NCBI GenBank assembly: GCA_023244835.1
Contig: JAHFLN010000002.1
Span: 1-54,748, forward strand
Direction: 5' to 3'
Source: Candidatus Harrisonbacteria bacterium
GTDB taxonomy: Bacteria; Patescibacteriota; Minisyncoccia; UBA6257; UBA11618
Length of the DNA stretch: 54,748 bases
Under the pieces are notes generated by a model. That model did not search any database. It saw nothing but the letters and a program-made list of their open reading frames with translations, and was not told the origin of the DNA. The position numbers and the translations under genes are program-made. Of this stretch, positions 16,631 to 25,875 are shown in pieces. The stretch's first letter is position 1; the number at the start of each line of letters is the position of its first letter.

Positions 16631-17786
16631 TATCCTCATCTTTTCCGTCGATTATTTCCCGTATGCCGGAGGCGCCGAAATCGCCGTTTCCGAGACGTGC
16701 GCCCGCATTCCAGGGCAATCGTTCGTCATGATCACATGCTGGAATGATCGTGCGCTTCCGCGCGAAGAGATGATTGGGAATATCCGCGTTTTCCGCGTCG
16801 GTATCGGCATTCGCGCCATTGACAAATACATCATGCCCGTCACCGCATTCTTCGCCGCGCGAAAACTTCATCGCGCGTCCCCCTTTTCCATAGCATGGGC
16901 GATCATGGCGAATACCGGAGCTATCGCTGCTTTCCTATTTACCCGCATCAATCGGAACGCGCGATATCTCCTGACTCTTCAGGAGGGCGACTCCGAGGCG
17001 TATTATGCTCGCCGTACGTGGTTTTGGGCTCCTTTGTATCGGGCGCTCCATGCGCGCGCCGACCATATCCATGCGATCAGCGGCTATTGCGCTTCCCGGG
17101 CACGACGATACGGATATCGCGGCGCAATTTCGATTATTCCGAACGGTATCGATTCGGTCTTATTTAACCCGTCTTCGCTTTCTTCTTCCGCCCGCGACCA
17201 CGCGCGAAGCGTCTCGCGCGCCCTTTCGGGAGAGCGTATTATTTTTACGGCATCTCGCCTCGAAGAGAAGAATGGCGTCGATATTTTGTTACGGGCGTAT
17301 GCTCTTTTTTCGGCCGGATGCGGCATTCCGTCGCGTCTCGTCATAGCCGGCACCGGCACCGAAGAGGCGTCCTTAAAGCGTCTCGCGCGCAGTCTCGGCA
17401 TTTCCGGATCCGTTTCGTTTCTCGGTTATCTTCCCCATGCGGAGATGGTTTCCGTGCTCAAGTCTGCCGATATTTTCGTTAGGCCTTCCCGTTCCGAGGG
17501 TTTAGGCAACGCCTTCCTCGAAGCTTTGGCATGCGGTATTCCGGCTATAGGAACGCCCGTTGGCGGCATTCCTGACTTCCTCGCCGATGGCATAACAGGC
17601 CTGCTTTCTCGGACGGAGGATCCGGCTTCTCTCGCTGATTGCATGAAACGCGGCCTTTTTGATTCTTCGTTGCGCGACGCGCTCATTTCCGGAGGACTTG
17701 CCGCCGTGCGGGAAAAATACGATTGGCATTACATAGCCCCGAAGATTTCAGCGATGCTTATTTCCCTATCAGCCGTTTCCGAATGA
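16623..17786 (+). CDS. GT4-family glycosyltransferase
   Basis: Starts at MANILIFSVDYFPYAGGAEI (ATG 16623, 8-nt overlap with the previous stop). Motif RPSRSEGLGNAFLEALACGIPAIGTPVGGIPDFL. Confidence 0.85.
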   Translation: MANILIFSVDYFPYAGGAEIAVSETCARIPGQSFVMITCWNDRALPREEMIGNIRVFRVGIGIRAIDKYIMPVTAFFAARKLHRASPFSIAWAIMANTGAIAAFLFTRINRNARYLLTLQEGDSEAYYARRTWFWAPLYRALHARADHIHAISGYCASRARRYGYRGAISIIPNGIDSVLFNPSSLSSSARDHARSVSRALSGERIIFTASRLEEKNGVDILLRAYALFSAGCGIPSRLVIAGTGTEEASLKRLARSLGISGSVSFLGYLPHAEMVSVLKSADIFVRPSRSEGLGNAFLEALACGIPAIGTPVGGIPDFLADGITGLLSRTEDPASLADCMKRGLFDSSLRDALISGGLAAVREKYDWHYIAPKISAMLISLSAVSE

Positions 17787-19860
17787 GATTCCGCATCCCT
17801 ATCATGGATAGGGCGATTAGTATGAGCGTAAACGGGATGAGCGGCAGGAGGTAACGGAAAAATCCGACGCTTACGATCGTAAGAACCAGGCTTTCCGCGA
17901 TTACCATTCCTCCGAGAAGGATGTAGTTTTTCCGTTTCATGCCAGGTTTTATGGTTTCCGGCCACGCCAGGAAAAAAACAGAAGCGGGAATGAACACGAC
18001 GAATGGAGCGAAGAGGGGCCAGTAGAACGGTTTTATTCCAAAGAATATACCCGCCTTCCCTACGAGAAATTCTCCATATTCCCATGGCCGTTCCCATATC
18101 CATTGGAGGTTTCGAGTCGCGCGCCCATCGACGAAGCGGTCCGCCATTTTCGCTATCTTTCGGGGCAGGGTTTTTTGCGGAACAAATCCTTCGGGAACCG
18201 GCGTTCCTATCATAAGGCTTGACGTGCCGCTTGAGCGCGATAATAATTCCATTTTTTCTCCGAATGCGTAGTTGCGGGCGAGAAACGGGGCAAGCACAAG
18301 TCCGTATCCCAGGATGAACGCGGTAAGCGGAATCGCGCTTTTCCGTCCCAGGCTCACCATGATCCATATGAGCGCGAGCGCGATGAATGCCTGCATGTTA
18401 TTCCTCATCAGGACGAGCAGTCCTCCGAGAATTCCCGCTATCGCGAAGCGGAGGGCGCCGTCTCGAGCTCCTTTTTTTTCCGCGTACAGGAGCATTATGA
18501 CCGTCCCTACGGCGAGGAGCGCTCCGATCGGATAGAGGCGCATCGCGTATTCCCGCATCATAGGATGGAGAAAAACGCCGATGCCGGCGGCATATACGAA
18601 CGCGTCGCGTTTTCCAACCATCATTTCCCCGATTTTTATCGTGAGTAGCGCGGTTGCCGTAAGCGCGATTCCTTGCAGCCATAGTATCGGGAAGATCGCT
18701 TCTCCGAAAATGAAGTGGGCGATGGCGAGGAGATAATAGTACAGTATCTGCCAATAGTACGAATGCTTTTCGTAGGCCGTCATCGCCCAGTCTCCCGTCG
18801 CGACAATATGACGCGCGAAAGTTTCATACAGGAGCGGATCGTCTCCGGCCGGAAGCAGGTTGAAATAGCGCGATCCTGCTTCCGCTATGAGCCCGTTCGC
18901 GAAAAAGGCGAATCCCGCGGCGCCGAGGGCGAGGAATACGAATCGATCCGAACGCAGCCATGCGCGCCATGATGCATATCGGCTTCGAAGCATCATGTAT
19001 CCGACGAAAAGCGCGATTGTGATCATAAGGATCCCCGTATTCGCTTTTTGCCATGCGTCGTCCTTTGCAAGCGTCTTCTCCGTTTCCGGTCTGACGCGCA
19101 TGAACTCTTCGGAAATTTTCACCGCATCTCCTCCATTCTTCCATGAGAGGGAGATATCCCTGATCGCCGCAGCGCCTGATTCATACCGTATTTCGAGAGG
19201 AGTCGTCCCTTTCTCATATGCGAGGGGAACGACGATAGGAGCCGTATTTCCGCTTATCGGAATTCCATTCAGCGACGCATATACCTTTGCATCCCCGTTT
19301 GCCGCGATGACGATGGCATCCGATCCTTTTCGAATGCGGATATTGCTTTTCCATATCGTTTCGAACGGGATGACTGTTTTGTCTATCCCGATGCTGTAGT
19401 CGCCGAACCGATCTTTGTCGTTCATGAACCATAAGGGGAACGGATGCGCGTCGAGCGGATAGCCTCCCGTCTTAAAGTCTATTTCAGGATCGACGCGCGT
19501 TTCGAGAAGGCTTATTTTCGTTCCGTTCGCGGTTGTTTCGGGGGCGTAATATGCGCCGATCGCCCCGCGTTCCGACGAATGCGATCGCGCGGCGATTTTT
19601 ATCCCCATCGCGATTATCAGTACGCACGCGATTATCGCGTACCATTTTACGTTCAGCTCGTCTTTTTCGCGTTTGTTTTCGGGCAGTGCCATGAAGCATC
19701 CGATCATGACAGTCAGGACTATGAGTTCGTGGAGCGTTCCGAGCGGGATTCCGTCGAGCCAGGGACCCAGTCCCGGAACTATGAGAAATAAAACGAACAG
19801 GCATTCACAGGAGCGTTTGAGAACGCGGATATTTTCCTTTATGATGGTGGGGAATGTCAT
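17758..19860 (-). CDS. Large GT-C-like membrane glycosyltransferase with an inserted PA14-like beta-domain
   Basis: 700 aa. It has N-terminal TM helices, then a ~190-aa soluble segment resembling PA14 (GAYYAPETT...RVDPEIDF...TIWKSNIRIRKGSDAIVIAANGDAKVYASLNG). This is followed by ~11 TM helices with the loop motif PAGDDPLLYETFARHI, typical of ArnT/PMT-like GT-C enzymes. Confidence 0.7.
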   Translation of the reverse strand: MTFPTIIKENIRVLKRSCECLFVLFLIVPGLGPWLDGIPLGTLHELIVLTVMIGCFMALPENKREKDELNVKWYAIIACVLIIAMGIKIAARSHSSERGAIGAYYAPETTANGTKISLLETRVDPEIDFKTGGYPLDAHPFPLWFMNDKDRFGDYSIGIDKTVIPFETIWKSNIRIRKGSDAIVIAANGDAKVYASLNGIPISGNTAPIVVPLAYEKGTTPLEIRYESGAAAIRDISLSWKNGGDAVKISEEFMRVRPETEKTLAKDDAWQKANTGILMITIALFVGYMMLRSRYASWRAWLRSDRFVFLALGAAGFAFFANGLIAEAGSRYFNLLPAGDDPLLYETFARHIVATGDWAMTAYEKHSYYWQILYYYLLAIAHFIFGEAIFPILWLQGIALTATALLTIKIGEMMVGKRDAFVYAAGIGVFLHPMMREYAMRLYPIGALLAVGTVIMLLYAEKKGARDGALRFAIAGILGGLLVLMRNNMQAFIALALIWIMVSLGRKSAIPLTAFILGYGLVLAPFLARNYAFGEKMELLSRSSGTSSLMIGTPVPEGFVPQKTLPRKIAKMADRFVDGRATRNLQWIWERPWEYGEFLVGKAGIFFGIKPFYWPLFAPFVVFIPASVFFLAWPETIKPGMKRKNYILLGGMVIAESLVLTIVSVGFFRYLLPLIPFTLILIALSMIGMRNLIRKRLIGK

Positions 19861-20711
19861 ATATTAGCCTTGCGCGGCCTCAGCAATGGATCAAGAATTT
19901 CCTTGTTTTCGCCCCGCTTTTTTTCGTCGGGCATGCGAGTCATCCTACCGAAATGTTCGCCGTTCTCACGACGTTCGCGATTTTTACCTGCTTTTCCGCA
20001 TGCGCCTATGTTTTGAATGATATCATCGATCGTTCTTCCGACGCATCGCATCCTACGAAACGCTTTCGCCCCATAGCTTTCGGCGCCGTATCTCCTCTTA
20101 AGGCCGGCATATTCGCGGCCGTTATTTTTCTCATTGCCGTATTAGTGATGCGCGCATTCGTTCCGGCAATTACGGGCATCATGACGGCGTATGCCGTTCT
20201 CGCGGTTTTTTACACGCTTATTTTGAAGAATATTCCGCTGGTCGATATTTTTACCGTTTCGTCCTTTTATCTCCTACGCGTCGCGGCGGGAGGAGCGGCG
20301 ATCGATATCATTCCTTCCCGATGGCTCGTCGCATGCGTCATGTTTTTCGCGCTTTTCATCGTTCTCGGGAAGCGTCGCGCCGAGTGCGTGCATTCCGAAC
20401 CGCGCGCCGTTCTCGCTCTCTATGGTCCCGATCCCGACGGCATGCGGGACATGCTTGATCGGCTGATCCTTATTGCCGCGGCAGTCTCGATCGCCTCATA
20501 CGGGGCGTACGCGATACTCGCCGTTGAGTCCGATTGGACGGTTTACTCCCTCTTTTTCGTCATGTTCGGCGTATTCCGATATATTTTTCTCATATATCAC
20601 TCGGCATTTGCCGAATCGGCCGAGGTCGCCCTTATGAAAGACATGCCGCTTTTCCTTTCGGTTTTCGCCTGGATACTCTTCATGTATGTTGCCGTATATC
20701 ATTTCGTATGA
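19854..20711 (+). CDS. UbiA-family polyprenyl-phosphate 5-phosphoribosyltransferase (Rv3806c/DPPR-synthase-like)
   Basis: RPQQWIKNFLVFAPLFF, YVLNDIIDRSSDASHPTKRFRPIAFGAVS, and FYLLRVAAGGAAIDIIPSRWL...VLGKRRAE. These parallel M. tuberculosis Rv3806c (RPRQWVKNVLV, YLVNDVRDVEADREHPTKRFRPIAAG, AYLIRAIAGGVATKIPLSKWF...VAGKRYAE). Confidence 0.85.
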   Translation: MSYISLARPQQWIKNFLVFAPLFFVGHASHPTEMFAVLTTFAIFTCFSACAYVLNDIIDRSSDASHPTKRFRPIAFGAVSPLKAGIFAAVIFLIAVLVMRAFVPAITGIMTAYAVLAVFYTLILKNIPLVDIFTVSSFYLLRVAAGGAAIDIIPSRWLVACVMFFALFIVLGKRRAECVHSEPRAVLALYGPDPDGMRDMLDRLILIAAAVSIASYGAYAILAVESDWTVYSLFFVMFGVFRYIFLIYHSAFAESAEVALMKDMPLFLSVFAWILFMYVAVYHFV

Positions 20712-21418
20712 CCCATTTCGACCGCATTGACGATTATGACGCGGAGATCCCCGCGCACGTACGGGACCATTTCATGGCACGAAAGATCGATTACCTGCTT
20801 TCGCGTTCCCGCGAGCGGTTCGGCGATCGCGCGCTTTCCTTTCTCGACGCGGGCTGCGGTACCGGATGGCATGTCCGCGCCCTCCGCGATGCCGGGCATG
20901 AGGCGACAGGTCTCGACGATTCCGAGCGGCAGATCGCGCAGGCGCGGATACACGATCCCCGATCCCGATTCGTTTGCGGCAGCATGCTGTCGCTTCCTTT
21001 TCCGGACGCCTCGTTCGACGTCTCATACGCGGTCAATTCCCTGCATCATCTTCCTTCCCGTGCCGCGCAAGAAACCGCATTCCGCGAATTGCTCCGCGTG
21101 ACGAAGCCCGGGGGTTTCGTGGCCGTCCATGAGATGAATACGAGAAATCCTTTCATCCGTTTTTATCTTTCATGGATTTTTCCCCGTCTGAAGCCGATCG
21201 ATACCGGCGCGGAGCTATGGATCCTTCCATCGCATTTACAGGGGCGATACGGAACCGCATGCGGTCCCGTATCGTATTTTACGTTCACGCCGGACTTCGC
21301 TCCGCGCGCCTTGATACCGTTTTTTTCATGGCTTGAGCGATTTCTTGAGCGGACGCCCGGGCGCATTTGGTCCGCCCATTACGCGGTTACTATCGACTCT
21401 TCCCATACATCCTTATGA
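20708..21418 (+). CDS. Class I SAM-dependent methyltransferase
   Basis: Starts at MTHFDRI (ATGA overlap with the UbiA stop). Motif I FLDAGCGTGWH, and post-I/II motifs LPFPDASFDVSYAVNSLHHL and KPGGFVAVHE. Confidence 0.85.
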   Translation: MTHFDRIDDYDAEIPAHVRDHFMARKIDYLLSRSRERFGDRALSFLDAGCGTGWHVRALRDAGHEATGLDDSERQIAQARIHDPRSRFVCGSMLSLPFPDASFDVSYAVNSLHHLPSRAAQETAFRELLRVTKPGGFVAVHEMNTRNPFIRFYLSWIFPRLKPIDTGAELWILPSHLQGRYGTACGPVSYFTFTPDFAPRALIPFFSWLERFLERTPGRIWSAHYAVTIDSSHTSL

Positions 21419-22446
21419 CCTATCTCATTACCGGGGGCTCCGGTTTTCTCGGCATCAATCTTATACGGCACCTTCTCGCCCGGGGGGCTTTCATACGTTC
21501 GTTCGATATAGCGCCTTTTTCGTATCCCGAAGCGGCCGATATAGAAGCTGTCACGGGCGATATCCGCGACTTTCCCGCTCTCCTTCGTGCCATGCGGGAC
21601 GTCGATGCCGTTGTCCATTGCGCCGCCGCGCTTCCGCTGTATTCCGAACAGGATATCGTGTCTACCGATATCTTAGGGACGCGCAATGTCCTCGAGGCCG
21701 CGCGCGTTTCCGGCATTTCCCGCGTCGTCCATATTTCTTCGACCGCCGTGTACGGCATTCTCGCCCATTGCCCCGCTTTCGAGGACGCTCCGCTTGTGGG
21801 CGTCGGCCCTTACGGCAAGGCGAAAATCGCCGCCGAATCCGCATGTCTCGATTATCGCGCGCGAGGCATGTGCGTCCCCGTGATCCGTCCCAAGTCGTTC
21901 GTCGGGCCGGAGCGTCTCGGCGTCTTCTCGCTTCTGTATGACTGGGCATCGTCGGGCAAACATTTCCCCATCATCGGCAATGGGCGCAACCGGTACCAGC
22001 TTCTCGACGTCGCCGACTTATGCTCGTTCATCTCTTTAGCCCTTTCGGCGGATTCCCGGATCGCGAATGCCACGTTCAATGTCGGCGCCCGCGAATTCTT
22101 GACCGTTCGGGAAGAATATCAGGCCGTGCTTGATCGCGCGGGATTCGGGAAGCGCGTCATAGCTTTTCCCGCGAGCCCTGCCATTTTTGCATTGCGCGCG
22201 CTCCATGCGTGCCGCTTGTCGCCGATTTACCCTTGGGTGTATGAGACCGCCGGCAAGGATTCATATGTTTCGATCGCGAAGGCCGAACGCGATCTCGGAT
22301 ACGTACCCCGTTATTCCAATGTCGACGCGCTTCTGCGGAACTATGAATGGTATCTCGCTAATCCTCCCCTGCCCCATGTCTCCGGCATATCGCATCGCGT
22401 TCCTTGGAGCGGCGGAGCATTGCGATTTCTCAAGGCGTTTTTCTGA
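21415..22446 (+). CDS. NAD-dependent epimerase/dehydratase (extended SDR)
   Basis: Starts at MTYLITGGSGFLGINLIRHLL (ATGA overlap). Rossmann motif GGSGFLG and catalytic YGKAK (YxxxK). Confidence 0.85.
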   Translation: MTYLITGGSGFLGINLIRHLLARGAFIRSFDIAPFSYPEAADIEAVTGDIRDFPALLRAMRDVDAVVHCAAALPLYSEQDIVSTDILGTRNVLEAARVSGISRVVHISSTAVYGILAHCPAFEDAPLVGVGPYGKAKIAAESACLDYRARGMCVPVIRPKSFVGPERLGVFSLLYDWASSGKHFPIIGNGRNRYQLLDVADLCSFISLALSADSRIANATFNVGAREFLTVREEYQAVLDRAGFGKRVIAFPASPAIFALRALHACRLSPIYPWVYETAGKDSYVSIAKAERDLGYVPRYSNVDALLRNYEWYLANPPLPHVSGISHRVPWSGGALRFLKAFF

Positions 22447-22895
22447 TGTGCTCATCTCTTTTTTTTGCCGACTCCCCCGTGCCGATTCCCGTTCCGGATA
22501 TCGTGATTCTCGATGTTGAAGGAACAATCGCGTTTCACGGTTCGTCGAAGGCCGAGGCGCGTGCCGCTTCCCGTGTCGCCGCTTTGCGCGGCATGACCAC
22601 GCTCTTCATATGCTCAAATGCTTCTGACTCCGCCCGTATCGCGGGCATAGTCCGCGATCTCGGTATTTCTCCCCTCGCGCTTCGGGGTCGAAAGCCGTGG
22701 GGTATTCTTCCTCCTAATTTTCCGCGAGGGAAGACTATATCCGTTTTTGGCGATAAGCTCATTACGGACGGGCTTTTCGCCTGGCGCATCGGCGCCCGTT
22801 TCGTGAAGGTGCGCCGGCTCGTTTCGGGCACCGAGTCCCTGACCGATACGATTGTCTTTATGCTCGACGATTTTCTCGCTTTATTCTTCGCATGA
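22446..22895 (+). CDS. HAD-superfamily phosphatase (YqeG/IIIA-like)
   Basis: 149 aa with motif I ILDVEGTI and a later GDKLITDG. Its ATG at 22446 shares one nt with the SDR stop (TGATG). Confidence 0.65.
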   Translation: MCSSLFFADSPVPIPVPDIVILDVEGTIAFHGSSKAEARAASRVAALRGMTTLFICSNASDSARIAGIVRDLGISPLALRGRKPWGILPPNFPRGKTISVFGDKLITDGLFAWRIGARFVKVRRLVSGTESLTDTIVFMLDDFLALFFA

Positions 22896-24004
22896 GAATC
22901 CTTCTTGCGACCGGCATTTTTCCTCCCGACGTCGGCGGGCCGGCAACATATGTTCCTTCGTTTGCCTCCGCGTGCGTTTTGCGCGGGCATACCGCAACCG
23001 TCATCGCATACGGGAATTCCCTCGGACGGGACGCATTTAGCTTTCCCGTCGTTTCCATTCCCCGATGGCCTCTTCCATTCCGTTACGCGTTATTTTTTCT
23101 CGCTTGCGTTCGTTACGGCTTTTCTACCGATATCGTTTTCGCGCAGGACGGATTTTCGTCCGGCATCCCCGCCTTTTTCGCTTCGGTTATCATCCGCAGG
23201 CGTCTTGTCGTAAAGATCGTCGGGGATGCGGCATGGGAATACGCCCGGAATGTCGGCATGACGGACGACACCATCGATCTGTTCCAGAATCGGACGTCCT
23301 ATCCCCTTATCATCAAAGCGATCCGTTTCTTCCAGCGCGCCGTTTGTCGGCATAGCTCCCAGGTCATCGTTCCGAGTGATTATTTGAAGCGTGTGGTGAT
23401 CCGGTGGGGCGTGTCTCCTGATATGATCGTCGTAATTCGCAATACCGCCCCCCGTTCCCTTCCATCAGCTTCTTTCTCCCGGGACCATACGCGTTTCTTT
23501 TCTGCCGGACGGCTTGTTCTATGGAAACATTTTGACATTCTGATCCGGGCTTTCGCGCGCGTGTCTGCCGACTATCCCCGCGCGCGGTTTTCAATTGCGG
23601 GAGATGGTCCGTGCCGAGAGATGCTTGAATCTGAGATCGCGCGTACCGGCATGGGCGAGCGCATCACGCTTCTCGGCATCTTGCCGCCTTCGGAGATGGC
23701 GGCATGGTATTCCCGCGCGGGATGCTTTCTCCTCTTTTCGGATTATGAGGGATTATCGCATGTTCTTTTAGAAGCAATCTCGTACGGCCTTCCCGTGATA
23801 GCGAGCAATGCGGGCGGGAATTCCGAGACGGTCAAGCATGGCGAGAACGGCATCCTCGTGCCCTATGGCGACGAAGCGGCTCTCGTGACGGCGATGATTT
23901 CCTTTCTACGAGATCCCGCATTGATTCCCCATCCCGGACCTTCCCGTTCCGATCCGTATTCTTTCGACGATCAGATCGCGTTTACCCTCCGCGCCCTTTC
24001 ATGA
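22892..24004 (+). CDS. GT4-family glycosyltransferase
   Basis: MRILLATGIFPPDVGGPATYV and FSDYEGLSHVLLEAISYGLPVIASNAGGNSETV. ATGA overlap with the HAD stop. Confidence 0.85.
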   Translation: MRILLATGIFPPDVGGPATYVPSFASACVLRGHTATVIAYGNSLGRDAFSFPVVSIPRWPLPFRYALFFLACVRYGFSTDIVFAQDGFSSGIPAFFASVIIRRRLVVKIVGDAAWEYARNVGMTDDTIDLFQNRTSYPLIIKAIRFFQRAVCRHSSQVIVPSDYLKRVVIRWGVSPDMIVVIRNTAPRSLPSASFSRDHTRFFSAGRLVLWKHFDILIRAFARVSADYPRARFSIAGDGPCREMLESEIARTGMGERITLLGILPPSEMAAWYSRAGCFLLFSDYEGLSHVLLEAISYGLPVIASNAGGNSETVKHGENGILVPYGDEAALVTAMISFLRDPALIPHPGPSRSDPYSFDDQIAFTLRALS

Positions 24005-25155
24005 AAATCCTCATGTTCTCATTAGACGCGAACCTTCTTGACCCCTCGTCCCGGGCATCGGAGCGTATGCGCGCGTATGCCGCAGTTCTCGACGAACTCC
24101 ATATCATCGTGCCTATGCCGTTTCCGCGCCATGACGCATTTTCTCCGCGCGACAATCTCCATATTCATGCGGCAGGGCGTTCCATCGGCTATTTCCTTAC
24201 GGCGTACCGTCTCGGTTTTGGCATAATCAAGCGATACCGGTTTTCGCCGCATGATGATTGCATTACCGCCCAAGACGCCTTTCCCACGGGCATCGTCGCA
24301 TGGCTCCTCGCGCATCGTACCAGCATGCCTCTGCAATTGCAGGCACATACTCCTTTTTTTCATGGCCGGTTCATATGGCAGTCGCCATTCCAATTCATCC
24401 AATATCGCGTTGCGCGATTCCTCTATCCCCGAGCCGATGCCGTGCGTGTGGTTTCGCGGGAAATAGCCCTGTATATGACCGATCAGCTCCTTATTCCTAA
24501 AGAAAGGATTTCCACGCTTCCCGTATTTTCCGATTTTCCGTCTGGAGGCGATGGACACGATGCCGGCCATTTTCGCGCAAAATATCCCCAGTTCTCATTT
24601 ATCGCGTGTATGCCGACCCGGTTCGTTATCGAGAAGAATATAGCGATGGCCATCCGGGCGTTCATACGGCTCTCCTCCTCGCATCCCGATATCGGGCTCA
24701 TCATCCAGGGCCGCGGGCCTTCCGAGGCGGCATTGCGCCGCCTTGCGCGCGATGCGAACGGGTCCGTCATATTCGAGCCGTGGGGCGATCCTTCACCTCT
24801 CTATCGGAGTGCGGATGCCTATCTCTGCACGTCATGGTACGAGGGATGGTGTCTCGGCATCGTCGAGGCGATGCATGCCGGCGTGCCGGTCATAACCACG
24901 CCTGTCGGTTCCGCGAACGAATTCGTGAGGGACGGGGAGAATGGATTAGTCGTTCCGTGCGATGACAGCGACGCTCTTCATAACGCTCTTCTTTCCCTTT
25001 ATCGTTTTCCCGAATTACGCCGGCGTTCTGCGGATATCGCCATGCGCGATGCTTGTCGGTTTTTTTCAGCGACTGCGAGAGAGCATGCTTTCTTAATACG
25101 AGAGGGATTTCGGAAGGCCGTAGCGAATTCCCGTATTGCTTGTCCTCTCGCATAA
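24001..25155 (+). CDS. GT4-family glycosyltransferase
   Basis: MKILMFSLD... and TSWYEGWCLGIVEAMHAGVPVITTPVGSANEFV. ATGA overlap with the upstream GT4. Confidence 0.8.
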   Translation: MKILMFSLDANLLDPSSRASERMRAYAAVLDELHIIVPMPFPRHDAFSPRDNLHIHAAGRSIGYFLTAYRLGFGIIKRYRFSPHDDCITAQDAFPTGIVAWLLAHRTSMPLQLQAHTPFFHGRFIWQSPFQFIQYRVARFLYPRADAVRVVSREIALYMTDQLLIPKERISTLPVFSDFPSGGDGHDAGHFRAKYPQFSFIACMPTRFVIEKNIAMAIRAFIRLSSSHPDIGLIIQGRGPSEAALRRLARDANGSVIFEPWGDPSPLYRSADAYLCTSWYEGWCLGIVEAMHAGVPVITTPVGSANEFVRDGENGLVVPCDDSDALHNALLSLYRFPELRRRSADIAMRDACRFFSATAREHAFLIREGFRKAVANSRIACPLA

Positions 25156-25239
25156 TGAGTTCTCAAGCCTTTTTTTAGGACGCATTTTCCGAATAACCTC
25201 TTTTATTTTATGGCGATCATGTATTAGAATCATCTCATA

Positions 25240-25875
25240 ATGAGAAATATTTTCTATATAATGCGACATGCGCAGTCCGATCACAATATCGGATCGTGGA
25301 TTTCGGGCGATGCCGCAACCGACTTGAAATCGCGCCTTACGGAAACGGGCAAGGAGCAGGCGCGACGGCTGGGCCAGGAAGCTGCCGCGCTCGGCATCAC
25401 TCGCATATACAGGTCTCCTTTCCAGCGTGTGAAGGCGACATGCGACATCGTGACCGCGCACTGTCCGGTTCCCGTTTCCGTCGACGACCGTCTCCGCCAG
25501 CTCGATTGCGGCCTTTTCAATGGCAAGACATGGACGGAACGCGAGGCATTTTTCGCCGACCATTACGAGAAACTACATCGTCCTTCCCCGGGCGGCGAGA
25601 GCCTGATGGATGTCCAGCGCCGCATGGTCGAGGCCATAGGCGATATCGACCGATGGAACGAGGGTGAGACGATACTTATCATAAGCCACGGCAATCCTTT
25701 GCGCATGCTCCAAGTCGCCGCGCTTTGTTTGCCCGCCGAAGCTGCCCTTACCGACATGCGGGCCCTGCAATGGAAGTCTGACGTTTCTCCCGATCCCTCG
25801 ATCGGCCCCCTTCTCATTCACCCCGTTTTCAATTCTGCCCGATCATATTCCGATGCCGTCAGGACGAGCTCCTGA
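25240..25875 (+). CDS. Histidine phosphatase (phosphoglycerate-mutase superfamily)
   Basis: IMRHAQSDHN (RHG-type motif), YRSPFQRVKAT, GGES and ISHGNPLR. Confidence 0.8.
   Translation: MRNIFYIMRHAQSDHNIGSWISGDAATDLKSRLTETGKEQARRLGQEAAALGITRIYRSPFQRVKATCDIVTAHCPVPVSVDDRLRQLDCGLFNGKTWTEREAFFADHYEKLHRPSPGGESLMDVQRRMVEAIGDIDRWNEGETILIISHGNPLRMLQVAALCLPAEAALTDMRALQWKSDVSPDPSIGPLLIHPVFNSARSYSDAVRTSS

Noticed and set aside
17729-18367. 212-aa minus-strand ORF overlapping the 3' part of the 700-aa GT-C gene in another frame (a similar one lies at 41828..42409)
   Set aside because: These are alternate frames of long, hydrophobic and well-supported membrane-protein genes. Their translated products are Arg/Pro-rich and implausible.
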